Assembly: GCA_947493255.1 (NCBI GenBank) | Contig: CANLQK010000005.1 | Span: 277,078-341,077 of the forward strand | Length of the DNA: 64,000 nucleotides | From: an uncultured Rhodobacteraceae bacterium | GTDB taxonomy: Bacteria; Pseudomonadota; Alphaproteobacteria; Rhodobacterales; Rhodobacteraceae | Direction: 5' to 3' | Shown here: one piece after another, positions 9,489 through 18,995 of the stretch | How positions within the stretch are numbered: position 1 is the stretch's first letter | Layout: each line of letters starts with the position of its first letter | Notes under the pieces: model-generated | The model's database searches: none | The model's input: the letters and a program-made list of their open reading frames with translations, nothing else | What the model was told of the DNA's origin: nothing | Made by a program: the position numbers and the translations under genes

Positions 9489-10211
9489 CTAAGCATCCTT
9501 TACGACGCGGGCTAGTGCAAGCACGCAAACGTCATCAGCCCCGGCAGAGTAACAAGCTTCAGTAGCGGCAGAAAACGTGGCACCGGATGTCATTACATCA
9601 TCAACCAGAACAATTTGACGACCTTTTAACATATCTACTCGTTTTGGGTTGACGATAATCGCACCCTGCATCGCCTCGAAACGTTGGTCGCGGTTATAGT
9701 TTTCAAGCGGCGCCGTTCTATTCGGCCTTATTAACCCATCTGCCAAAACATCAACCTGGGCGGATCTACTAACCCATTCAGCTAATTCCGCGGCTTGATT
9801 ATATTTACGCTTTAGTAACCGAAATCGATGCAGCGGAATTGGAACTACTAGTGAATTTGGCAATAGAATTTCTTTTCCTGCGCGCGCAATCCATGGCCCT
9901 GCGGCTCTTGCAAGATAAGTTCGATCGCCGTGCTTCAAAGACAATACAAGGTGCCGTGCCTTTCCTGAGTAAACTAAAGCCGCACGCCCTTTCGTCCACG
10001 GTCTCGCAATTGATATGCAATCATCACATAAGACGTCGGCTTCATCCGGATCAAACCCAGCCAAAGGTGCGCCGCATCGATTGCAACAACCACCATCGAC
10101 AAATGGTGTTTCCGCCCAACATGGTCCGCAAAGAGCAAAGTCAACTGTTGTACGGGCATCGCATAAAACGCACTGAGGTGGGTAAATCGACTGGATCAGA
10201 CTTTGCAACAT
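9489..10211 (-). CDS. comF: ComF family protein (double zinc ribbon plus PRTase-like domain)
   Basis: YPPQCVLC, CGPC, CNRCG, CDDC zinc ribbon; LVDDVMTSGAT PRPP loop. Start refined to MLQSLI. Confidence 0.85.
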   Translation of the reverse strand: MLQSLIQSIYPPQCVLCDARTTVDFALCGPCWAETPFVDGGCCNRCGAPLAGFDPDEADVLCDDCISIARPWTKGRAALVYSGKARHLVLSLKHGDRTYLARAAGPWIARAGKEILLPNSLVVPIPLHRFRLLKRKYNQAAELAEWVSRSAQVDVLADGLIRPNRTAPLENYNRDQRFEAMQGAIIVNPKRVDMLKGRQIVLVDDVMTSGATFSAATEACYSAGADDVCVLALARVVKDA

Positions 10212-10228
10212 TGCTTCAAACCTCCTAG

Positions 10229-11059
10229 ATGGCGGGTATGACACAGCCGCCACGTATGACTGACCGAAAAGTCCTTGCCCAACACCGCGCCCGCGCAACT
10301 GAAATGTTCTTGCAAGACGCAGCAGCCGATGATGTTCAGGAAAGACTCATCGAAGTTAATAGAATGTTTACATCACCCGCAGTTATTACCGGGTTTCCTG
10401 AATTGTGGGCCGCGCGAATGCCCGGTATTCAGATCGTCGGCGATGATGACGTCTTGCCCTTACAAGAGAACAGCCATGATCTGGTTATTCACGCTCTGTC
10501 TTTGCATTGGTCAGACGACCCGATCGGGCAACTGGTACAATGCCGCCGTGCATTAAAACCCGATGGTCTTTTGATTGCCACATTATTCGCGGGCCAAACT
10601 TTGCACGAATTGCGAAGTGTTTTGGCCGAAGCGGAAACTGTAACCCTTGGTGGTTTGTCCCCACGTGTTTTACCAATGGGCGAGATACGTGATCTCGGTG
10701 GTTTGTTACAACGCGCAGGATTCGCTTTGCCCGTTGCTGACATTATGCCGCTGCATGCATCCTATGAAACCGCATTTCATCTGATGCGCGATCTACGCGC
10801 AATGGGGGAAACGAACGTAATGATTTCACGTTCAAAAGCGAGCACTCCCCGAAGTCTGTTTTCGAAGGCCGCAGCCATCTATCAAGACGTTTACGGCACA
10901 AAAGATGGCCGGATCCCTGCGACCTATGAAATCGCAACATTAACTGGGTGGGCCCCCTCTGAGACCCAGCAAAAACCGCTTCGGCCAGGTTCGGCCTCCC
11001 ATAGTTTAGCAGAGGCTCTTGGTACTCAAGAGAAACCATTAGATCCAACAACAGATTGA
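10229..11059 (+). CDS. BioC-like / NDUFAF5-like SAM-dependent methyltransferase
   Basis: DLVIHALSLHWSDD, LKPDGL, GRIPATYEIATLTGWAP motifs of the alphaproteobacterial family found divergent from comF. Start 10229 or 10238. Confidence 0.82.
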   Translation: MAGMTQPPRMTDRKVLAQHRARATEMFLQDAAADDVQERLIEVNRMFTSPAVITGFPELWAARMPGIQIVGDDDVLPLQENSHDLVIHALSLHWSDDPIGQLVQCRRALKPDGLLIATLFAGQTLHELRSVLAEAETVTLGGLSPRVLPMGEIRDLGGLLQRAGFALPVADIMPLHASYETAFHLMRDLRAMGETNVMISRSKASTPRSLFSKAAAIYQDVYGTKDGRIPATYEIATLTGWAPSETQQKPLRPGSASHSLAEALGTQEKPLDPTTD

Positions 11060-11116
11060 CGGATGCTGGTTTCCTATTATTTGACTAAAACGAAATACTT
11101 ATAAAAAGAGATTCCA

Positions 11117-12181
11117 ATGCCGAACCCAACACAAAACGCCGAAGTTTGCCCTATGCACGCTGCCGCGGATCACCCGAAAATAAAACCGGCAAAGGTTGGT
11201 GTGTTGTTGGCCAATCTCGGAACACCGGACGGGACTGATTATTGGTCGATGCGAAAGTACTTAAGCGAGTTCCTCAGCGACAAACGTGTCGTGGACTATT
11301 CTGCTTTGGTGTGGCAACCGCTTCTTCAATTGGTAATTCTCTCCAAGCGTCCGTTTACAAGCGGTGCAGCATACAAAAGCATTTGGAACACTGAAGCCGA
11401 TGAAAGCCCCTTACTGACAATCACAAAAGCCCAGACCACCGCGATGAAAAACCGATTGGAATCGATTTACGGAGGTGATGTCGTCGTTGATTTTTGTATG
11501 CGCTACGGCAACCCTTCGACAAAATCCAAAGTGCGAGAAATGGTTGAAGCCGGGTGTCAGAAAATCCTCTTCTTTCCACTTTACCCTCAATACGCAGGGG
11601 CGACGTCTGCGACTGCAAATGACCAATTTTTTCGCGCTTTGATGGACGAAAAATGGCAGCCTGTCGCTAGGGTAGTAGAACCGTACTTCGGGGACCCATC
11701 CTACATCGATGCACTAGCTCAATCGATCGAGGCTGCTTATGCCGCGGCATATAAGAAACCTGAAATTCTTGTTTGCTCTTATCACGGAGTTCCACAACGT
11801 TACCTGACTGAAGGTGACCCCTACCACTGCCAGTGTCAAAAAACGACTCGGCTTCTAAAGGAACGCCTCGGTTGGGACAACACGCAGATCATAACGACAT
11901 TTCAAAGCCGATTCGGTCCTGAAGAATGGTTACAACCATACACAGTAGAAGAGGTCGCGCGTTTGGCAGAACGAGGCAAAACCAACATTGCAGTTTGTGC
12001 TCCTGCATTTTCCGCTGATTGCATCGAAACGTTGGAAGAGATTAACGAAGAGATCAAAGAGAGCTTTGAAGAGGCAGGTGGTGAACACTTCACCTATATC
12101 CCTTGCCTCAACGATAGCGAGGCACATATCGATGCGTTGTCAGGAATTGCGCAACGGAATTTACAAGGGTGGTTGGACTAA
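11117..12181 (+). CDS. hemH: Ferrochelatase
   Basis: LLANLGTPD, MRYGNPS, PLYPQY, SYHGVP, FQSRFG, FSADCIETLEE motifs. Confidence 0.96.
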   Translation: MPNPTQNAEVCPMHAAADHPKIKPAKVGVLLANLGTPDGTDYWSMRKYLSEFLSDKRVVDYSALVWQPLLQLVILSKRPFTSGAAYKSIWNTEADESPLLTITKAQTTAMKNRLESIYGGDVVVDFCMRYGNPSTKSKVREMVEAGCQKILFFPLYPQYAGATSATANDQFFRALMDEKWQPVARVVEPYFGDPSYIDALAQSIEAAYAAAYKKPEILVCSYHGVPQRYLTEGDPYHCQCQKTTRLLKERLGWDNTQIITTFQSRFGPEEWLQPYTVEEVARLAERGKTNIAVCAPAFSADCIETLEEINEEIKESFEEAGGEHFTYIPCLNDSEAHIDALSGIAQRNLQGWLD

Positions 12182-12227
12182 CATCCAACCAATACCTAGT
12201 AGCTAGATTGGCCTTAAATGTAACGAA

Positions 12228-12253
12228 AAAGGCCGCCCAAAAGGGCGGCCTTT
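12228..12253. terminator. Bidirectional intrinsic terminator
   Basis: AAAGGCCGCCC-AAAA-GGGCGGCCTTT perfect stem between convergent hemH and the small-protein gene. Confidence 0.88.
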
Positions 12254-12279
12254 CAAATCTGATAAATCAGATAAAAAGC

Positions 12280-12468
12280 TTAGTCAGCTACAGCTGCTGC
12301 AACCAGTGCGATCAGGATCAGTGGAATGATCAGACCAGCAGAGGAGGAAGAAGAAGAAGCTTCTTCAATTACAGCTACAGGTGTTTCGATGATTGGTGCA
12401 GAGATGTTACCAGCGAAAGCAGTAGAAGCGGCGCCAGCGAATGCAGCAGCAAGTGCGAATTTTTTCAT
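12280..12468 (-). CDS. Small exported/membrane-anchored protein, 62 aa, with signal peptide, poly-Ser linker and C-terminal hydrophobic helix
   Basis: MKKFALAAAFAGAASTAFA signal peptide; GGAG SD; biased high-expression-like codons; strong terminator downstream. Confidence 0.85.
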   Translation of the reverse strand: MKKFALAAAFAGAASTAFAGNISAPIIETPVAVIEEASSSSSSAGLIIPLILIALVAAAVAD

Positions 12469-12927
12469 TTTAGTTCTCCAGTTAATTGCCCACGGCAAAG
12501 TTAGTGAGGTTTAGCCATGGGCACCCAAGACTTCCCTCGAAGTATGCCAAATCATGAAATTCGATCGAATGCAAAGGTATTAGTTGGTCAGATAAGCCTT
12601 AGTTGGCGTAATGTCGTCAATTCAGCAACACTTAAGCGCCATTTTCTGCCTTCTTGATAGAAGCTGGAAACGTAAGCTGTGCCGACATCACGAATGTTCA
12701 GCAATCCAAAGCCTGTGGATAGAATCGAAAGCCCTTTTGTTCAAGCAGCTCTAGCTTCCGTTAGGTAACACTTCTTGCAAATCAAAGTCATGTTGGTCAG
12801 CATGAATATGGCGGAATTGTCGCGTTTGTCGATCAAAGTGGGTGTAATTCTGCCCATTCACGCGGATGTGGGTTTGAAACGAACCGTACGAAAGGCTATG
12901 CGGAGATGAATCACTAAAGGTGAACCT

Positions 12928-13485
12928 ATGTTACGTCGTTCTTTTCTTTTTGGTTTCATGTCTATCGGGCTTGCTGCATGCGCCGGATCACAAGCACCTA
13001 TCGGTGCCGATGGACTGCCAGGCCAACAAGTCTACCGGATCAGAGCGCAAGATTCTGCAGATATTCAATTTCGGATGCTGGATGGGCTAAACGCCCTTCG
13101 TCAAGCATCCGGGGCAGGGTCATTGCAACTAAACGCGCAACTTAACGCTGCTGCTGCAACGCATTCCCGTGACATGTCTGTCCAGAATCGCCCTTGGCAT
13201 TTTGGGTCAGATGGGTCTTCCCCATTAGAGCGGTTACGACGCGTCGGTTATGCGGGACAGCTAACAGGCGAAACAATTTCGGAAACTTATGAAACCGAGC
13301 TTGAAACACTTGCCGCGTGGATGCAGGAACCAGCAACACGAGCTGTTTTGCTAAATTCAGCTGCTAACGAAATGGGGTTCTCCTGGTTTCAAGAAAGCAA
13401 TGGCAAGATTTGGTGGACCCTGGTCCTTGCAGATGGGACGACCCAAGGCGCCGTTACTGTCGCCAACCCAGTTCCGCTTCAATAA
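12928..13485 (+). CDS. CAP (SCP) domain lipoprotein
   Basis: Lipobox LAAC after LRRSFL; LNALRQ, AAATHSRDM, HFGSDGSSP, GETISE CAP motifs. Confidence 0.85.
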   Translation: MLRRSFLFGFMSIGLAACAGSQAPIGADGLPGQQVYRIRAQDSADIQFRMLDGLNALRQASGAGSLQLNAQLNAAAATHSRDMSVQNRPWHFGSDGSSPLERLRRVGYAGQLTGETISETYETELETLAAWMQEPATRAVLLNSAANEMGFSWFQESNGKIWWTLVLADGTTQGAVTVANPVPLQ

Positions 13486-13487
13486 CC

Positions 13488-13979
13488 CTAAGCGTATAAG
13501 AAAATTGGCGTACCGACGTTAACCATCGCGTAGATGTCTTCCATCTCGCGATTCTTGACGGCAATACATCCCCACGTCCAATCAGTTTCCCGACGGAACA
13601 GTTTTGGAGTGCCGTGGATAAAGATATCTCCGCCCGGAGACTCGCCAAGAGCGGCCGCCTGCGCGCGGTCCTCGTCGTTTGGATAAGAAATCCCGATCGA
13701 CAAATGGAAATTGCTGTTGGGGTTTTTCCGGTCAATAAAGTACGCACCTTCGGGGGTTTTACCATCGCCCTCGACCTGTTTGTGTCCGCGCGCGGCGAAT
13801 CCCAGTTCGAAATCATAATCTTCCAACACATCATTTCCGTTCATTAAGAACATCCTTCGACGTGCTTTTTGAACAACAATGCTTGTTACGGGCGGGCCCG
13901 TATAGACACGAAATTTGCTAGAACACGCGGTTAGCGCGAATAATGCTGCTACGCTTGTAAATGTGCGTCTATTCATCAT
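13488..13979 (-). CDS. L,D-transpeptidase family lipoprotein (YkuD domain)
   Basis: RR plus LTAC lipobox; GDGKTPEG; IFIHG...WTWGCIAV catalytic His/Cys. Confidence 0.9.
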   Translation of the reverse strand: MMNRRTFTSVAALFALTACSSKFRVYTGPPVTSIVVQKARRRMFLMNGNDVLEDYDFELGFAARGHKQVEGDGKTPEGAYFIDRKNPNSNFHLSIGISYPNDEDRAQAAALGESPGGDIFIHGTPKLFRRETDWTWGCIAVKNREMEDIYAMVNVGTPIFLYA

Positions 13980-14057
13980 TGAAACTGGTACCTGTACTAT
14001 TTCTTTCTAAATAACCTAGGTTTGACGCTAATCCTAGAATTTCTGATATGTGGGACG

Positions 14058-15260
14058 TCACGACCGCGTGAAAGATGCCGCCAATTCCACATGTGGAGAC
14101 CATCTGAACTGATCAACTACATCGATCCAGTCCATAATAAACCCAGCGTCCAGCAAGACTGAAGCATCGCGCGAAAATGTAACAGGGTTGCATGACACCA
14201 TCGCTATTTTGCGCAAATCAGACGCTGCTAATGTCCTTATTTGAGCGTCGGCCCCAGCGCGGGGAGGGTCAAGAACAGCAACATCAAACCGGTTCAACTC
14301 GTCCGGTTCAAGCGGTCGGCGAAACAAATCACGGGTTTCTGTTGTCACAGCCTTTAAACCTTTTGCGTGACGCCAGCCGCGATCCAACGTGCTAAGCATT
14401 TCAGGACCGCCTTCAACAGCATGAACTTCTGCCGTCTTAGCAATCGAAAGCGCAAACGTGCCAGCTCCCGCAAACAGATCGACAACCTTATTGGCGCCTA
14501 CGACGACATCAAGAACAGCCGAAACAAGAGCGCCTTCGCCCTCTCTGGTTGCTTGTAGGAATGCACCGGCAGGTGGCGCAACACGGGCGGCGCCGAATAT
14601 CTGATCAGGCTCTCGGCGCGTCACAACAACATCATCATTCCAGGCAAGGCGGGCAAGATTGTAAGTTTCTGCCAAGCCTGCAAGTTCAACTCGTAGCGGG
14701 CCATCTAAGTCACGTTCTGTCTCAACAAGAACATCTAAACCGCCCGACGTATCTGTCACAGTCAGGTTAACCTCTGATTTGCGAGAAGCCGCAATGACAG
14801 TCAGTGCTTCAAGCGCTGGGAATCCTTCAATGATAGACGGCAGAACCAATTGGCAATCTGAAACTTCGATTAGCGCATCTGACCCCTTCGCATGAAAACC
14901 AATCATCGCCCCCTTCTTTGTGCGTCTACCAGAAAACCGTGCCCGACGGCGGCTTTGTGTGGGCGATGTATGCAATTTTCGAAATGGAAATGGCATTCCA
15001 CGCGCTGTTAACGCACGTTCTACGATCGCTGTTTTCCAAGATGCAACAAAATCGTCCGAAGCATGTTGCATCGAGCATCCGCCACAGCTTTTGAAGTGCC
15101 TACATGGCGGTTTCACGCGGTCTGAAACTGGTGTGATAATCTTCGCGGTCCCGTCCGGTTGGGGGTCAACCACTTCACCGGGCAAAACCCGCTCCAACAA
15201 CGTGCCGTCTGCCAATTGCCCAAGTCCGGCTTGGGTCAGTTTCTCAACTGTTTCAGTCAT
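14058..15260 (-). CDS. RlmD/TrmA family RNA (uracil-5)-methyltransferase
   Basis: CRHFKSCGGC Fe-S motif, AFLQ, DLFAGAG, LDPPRAG, VSCNP. Confidence 0.9.
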   Translation of the reverse strand: MTETVEKLTQAGLGQLADGTLLERVLPGEVVDPQPDGTAKIITPVSDRVKPPCRHFKSCGGCSMQHASDDFVASWKTAIVERALTARGMPFPFRKLHTSPTQSRRRARFSGRRTKKGAMIGFHAKGSDALIEVSDCQLVLPSIIEGFPALEALTVIAASRKSEVNLTVTDTSGGLDVLVETERDLDGPLRVELAGLAETYNLARLAWNDDVVVTRREPDQIFGAARVAPPAGAFLQATREGEGALVSAVLDVVVGANKVVDLFAGAGTFALSIAKTAEVHAVEGGPEMLSTLDRGWRHAKGLKAVTTETRDLFRRPLEPDELNRFDVAVLDPPRAGADAQIRTLAASDLRKIAMVSCNPVTFSRDASVLLDAGFIMDWIDVVDQFRWSPHVELAASFTRS

Positions 15261-17110
15261 TATTCTGCTGCGTCTTTCTTGGCGTCAAACCCGCCAGATT
15301 GACGGTTCCAGTATCGCGCATAGGTGCCACCCCGTGCGAGCAAGTCTTCATGCTTGCCTTCTTCTACAATCTGACCTTGCTCAAGCACAATGATGCGATC
15401 CATGCCAGAAATCGTTGAAAGGCGGTGCGCAATGGCAACAACGGTTTTGCCCGTCATCGCCCGTGTTAGTGCCTCTTGGATGGCCGCCTCGACTTCACTG
15501 TCCAACGCACTTGTTGCTTCGTCCAGAATCAAAATGGGTGCGTCTTTTAGCATGGCGCGGGCCAGTGCGATGCGTTGCCTTTGACCGCCTGACAATTTCA
15601 CACCCCGTTCACCAAGAAACGCATCATATCCGCCGCGGCCGTCGTTATCTTTTAGATCGTTTATGAAGGTATGCGCCTCGGCCTTTGAGGCCGCTGCGAA
15701 TAACATGTCCTGGGTTGCATCAGGTCGACCATAGCCAATGTTGTCTCGCGCCGAACGGTTAAACATCGCGGTTTCTTGCGTCACCATGCCAATCGCCGTG
15801 CGCAAACTATCTTGCGTGACGTGGCGAATGTTTTGGCCATCGATCTCCACCGCACCATCTTCCGGGTCATAAAGCCGGAGGAGTAACGCCACGAGTGTGG
15901 ATTTCCCCGCACCAGATGCACCAACGATCCCAAGTTTCTCACCCGCCTTGATCGTCAGGTTGATTCCGCCAACACCGCCAACTTCGCCGCCATATTGAAA
16001 GGATACATTGCGGAACCTGATTTCCGCATCGCGCACCTGCAGTGCGGCCGCATCGGTATCATCCGTTAGTTGGTGAGATGGCGTAAGGGTTTTCATCCCG
16101 TCTTCAGCCTCGCCGATGTGGCTAAAAATACCCATCAACGTGAAGCTGACCCAGCCAGTCATCTGGCTAAGACGAATGGAAACCGCGCCAATCGCCGCCA
16201 AATCACCCGGCGTGATACCAGCGTCGCGCCACGCGAGCCCAAAGCCAACCATCCCTAAAGGCAGGACGCCGGCCAAAGTAATAAGACCAAACCGAAACAA
16301 TGTCGCGACTTCACCATATGCCAAGGCGCGGTCGCGCAGATCTTGCATCGCCTGTTGTGCGGCATCCGTTTCAAAACGCGTACCAGCGAACAGCTTGACA
16401 GTTTTGATGTTAGTGATCGTGTCCACAACTTGACCGGTTAGATTAGCTTGCGCGCCTGCACGCCCTTTAGCCCGCGCGCGAATGCGCGGAAGGAAAAACC
16501 GGAGAAACAGGACATAGTTAGCAAACCAAAGGCCAAGGACGATCAACAATCGCCCATCCACCCCAAGGATCAAAATGGCCGTTCCAACGACGGTAGCCAA
16601 CGAAAACAAGATTGCGTTTACCGTTTCAATCACAACCTCGGTCAAAGATCGCGACACCTGCATTTGTTTTTGAGCAATGCGGCCCGCAAAGTCGTTGTCA
16701 AAAAATGTTACCGCCTGCCCCAACGTCCAACGGTGCAACCGCCCAACGATCAATGTGAAAAGGTTTGGCCCCAATACGACCGACTGGAACGACGCCGAGA
16801 TCCCGAACAAGAGAGGCCGCAAAACCATCAACAAGACAACGGCCGCTCCAAGCAACCAAGCGCTTTGCCCAATTGGGTCCGATGAGGCCGCAATATCGAC
16901 AACGCGACCCAACAAGAACATCGCCAATACTTCGGACGCTCCCGAGCACGCCGAGATGAACCCTGCCAACACGATAACCGGCCACGCACCCGAAAGCGCC
17001 CAGCGAAAGAAACGCAACAAAGTCGCCGGTGGCGGGCCGTCTGCCGGCATTTGGCTGTCAATAAGGCCGCTAAGACGTTCGATTGCCTTTTGATACCTTT
17101 GCGCAATCAT
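15260..17110 (-). CDS. ABC exporter, fused TMD-NBD (MsbA/multidrug-like), second of a tandem pair
   Basis: N-terminal TM helices, GASGAGKS, LSGGQRQR, ILILDEATSALD, IAHRLST. Confidence 0.92.
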   Translation of the reverse strand: MIAQRYQKAIERLSGLIDSQMPADGPPPATLLRFFRWALSGAWPVIVLAGFISACSGASEVLAMFLLGRVVDIAASSDPIGQSAWLLGAAVVLLMVLRPLLFGISASFQSVVLGPNLFTLIVGRLHRWTLGQAVTFFDNDFAGRIAQKQMQVSRSLTEVVIETVNAILFSLATVVGTAILILGVDGRLLIVLGLWFANYVLFLRFFLPRIRARAKGRAGAQANLTGQVVDTITNIKTVKLFAGTRFETDAAQQAMQDLRDRALAYGEVATLFRFGLITLAGVLPLGMVGFGLAWRDAGITPGDLAAIGAVSIRLSQMTGWVSFTLMGIFSHIGEAEDGMKTLTPSHQLTDDTDAAALQVRDAEIRFRNVSFQYGGEVGGVGGINLTIKAGEKLGIVGASGAGKSTLVALLLRLYDPEDGAVEIDGQNIRHVTQDSLRTAIGMVTQETAMFNRSARDNIGYGRPDATQDMLFAAASKAEAHTFINDLKDNDGRGGYDAFLGERGVKLSGGQRQRIALARAMLKDAPILILDEATSALDSEVEAAIQEALTRAMTGKTVVAIAHRLSTISGMDRIIVLEQGQIVEEGKHEDLLARGGTYARYWNRQSGGFDAKKDAAE

Positions 17111-18954
17111 TCTTTCGTCCTTTCGTTAGTGTCTAAAAAGCCACCAGATTGACGGGCCCAGAACCCAGCATACTGACCGCTCAATGCTAGCAGTTCGGAA
17201 TGTGTACCGTCTTCAATGATTTGCCCATCATCCAAAACTACGATCCGGTCTAGCTGCGCTATTGTGGACAACCGATGCGCAATCGCGATCACGGTTTTGC
17301 CTTCCATCAGCCCATAAAGCGTTTCTTGGATCTCTGCTTCAACTTCACTATCTAGCGCGCTTGTCGCTTCATCCAACAACAAGATTGGTGCGTCCTTTAA
17401 GATCACCCGAGCAAGCGAAATACGTTGGCGTTGACCCCCCGAAAGTTTTACGCCCCGTTCACCGACCTGAGCATCATATCCTTTACGCCCCTGACCATCT
17501 TCAAGGCCAAGGATAAAGTCATGAGCCTCCGCCTGCTTGGCGGCTGCAACCATTTGCTCTTCTGAGGCTTCTGGATTGCCATAAAGAATATTTGCGCGCA
17601 CTGACCGGTGCAGCAAAGAACTGTCCTGTTGGACCATCCCAATGACCTGGCGCAAACTATCTTGGCGAACACCCGAGATGTTCTGCCCATCCACATCGAT
17701 TGACCCGCTTTCTGCATCGTAAAATCGAAGTAACAATTTAACGAGGGTCGACTTACCTGCGCCAGACCGCCCAACAAGACCAACCTTCTGACCCGCCGGT
17801 ATCGTAAGGTTTAGCTTCTCGATACCACCATTCGGGCGACCATAGTGATGGGACAGGTTTGCAATTTCGATCTTGCCTTCCGTGATGTTCAAGTCTTTGG
17901 CCGTTGGGTCGTCGACCAACGTAATGGGCTTGGCAATTGTCTCCATCCCCTCAGAAACAACGCCGAGTTCACGAAACAGGCTTGTCACCGCCCACATGAT
18001 CCAGCCCGTCATCGCATTTAGGCGCAGAACCAACGCCGCAGCTGCAGCAACAATACCCGCAGAGGTCAGCCCATTTGCCCAAAGATAAAGGCCCCACCCC
18101 ACGACCGAAACGATCAAAAAACCATTCAAAAGAACGAGGCTTACGTCCATGATCGTGAACAATCGCATTTCGTGGATGAAGGTCTGGCGCGCGTTCTCGA
18201 TTGCATCTTTTGCGTACTCAACCTCACGGTCGTGATGGGCGAACATTTTGACGGAATGAATATTGGTGTAACTATCGACAACCCGGCCTGTGACCTCGGA
18301 TCGTGCATCCGATGACGCCTTGGATGCGGGGCCGACACGCCGAACGGTCCAGCGCAAAAGCCCGATATATAGGGCAACCCAAATCAACATTGGGATCATC
18401 AAGATCATATCAGCGCCCGCAAGCAAGATTGCAGCACCCACGATGTAAGCCAACGCAAATGTAACGGCATCGAAAATCTGAAACGCGACCTCGCCCGCTG
18501 CTGGGGGCGTTTGCATGATGCGGTTTGCGATACGGCCAGCAAAGTCATTTTCAAACCAGCCAACCGACTGACGTAAAACATGTCGGTGGGCACGCCAACG
18601 CACCAATGTCCCGACATTGGGCAGGATCGTTTGGTTCAAAAGCGCGACATCGATCACTTGTACGAGGGGCCTTAACGTCAGGAGGAAAACCCCAACCAAG
18701 ACAAATTCCCAACCATGTTCCCGCCACATCGTTTGCTCGGTTCCTGGCGCAATCAAGTCTACCAAATGCCCCATATAGCCGATTAGCCAAATCTCTATTG
18801 TGGCAACAACAACCGACATGATACCGGCCGCCCAAAACACGTATCTGAACGACTTTAGGTAACCCCAAAGAAACGGCCAAAGGCGCGTTGGAGGAATGTC
18901 CTCTTGCGGGTAATCAGCATAAGGATCCACAAGGTTTTCGAAAAATCGGAACAC
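17107..18954 (-). CDS. ABC exporter, fused TMD-NBD, first of a tandem pair
   Basis: GRSGAGKS, LSGGQRQR, ILLLDEATSALD, IAHRLST; shares the FF.NDFAGRIA TMD motif with its neighbour. Confidence 0.92.
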   Translation of the reverse strand: MFRFFENLVDPYADYPQEDIPPTRLWPFLWGYLKSFRYVFWAAGIMSVVVATIEIWLIGYMGHLVDLIAPGTEQTMWREHGWEFVLVGVFLLTLRPLVQVIDVALLNQTILPNVGTLVRWRAHRHVLRQSVGWFENDFAGRIANRIMQTPPAAGEVAFQIFDAVTFALAYIVGAAILLAGADMILMIPMLIWVALYIGLLRWTVRRVGPASKASSDARSEVTGRVVDSYTNIHSVKMFAHHDREVEYAKDAIENARQTFIHEMRLFTIMDVSLVLLNGFLIVSVVGWGLYLWANGLTSAGIVAAAAALVLRLNAMTGWIMWAVTSLFRELGVVSEGMETIAKPITLVDDPTAKDLNITEGKIEIANLSHHYGRPNGGIEKLNLTIPAGQKVGLVGRSGAGKSTLVKLLLRFYDAESGSIDVDGQNISGVRQDSLRQVIGMVQQDSSLLHRSVRANILYGNPEASEEQMVAAAKQAEAHDFILGLEDGQGRKGYDAQVGERGVKLSGGQRQRISLARVILKDAPILLLDEATSALDSEVEAEIQETLYGLMEGKTVIAIAHRLSTIAQLDRIVVLDDGQIIEDGTHSELLALSGQYAGFWARQSGGFLDTNERTKE

Positions 18955-18995
18955 GGCAAGGTTGTCCTTTCGTGTCCGATATAGACCGAATTACA

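Noticed and set aside
11081-11100. TTGACTAAA upstream of hemH as an iron box
   Set aside because: Only a half-site of the Iron-Rhodo consensus; more likely a -35 element.
12326-12514. ORF with a poly-Glu run (MIRPAEEEEEEASS)
   Set aside because: It is the antisense reading of the poly-Ser codons of the real minus-strand small protein.
15260-18954. Shared nucleotide stretches between the two ABC genes as a repeat or mobile element
   Set aside because: Explained by paralogous NBD coding motifs; no terminal repeats or transposase.
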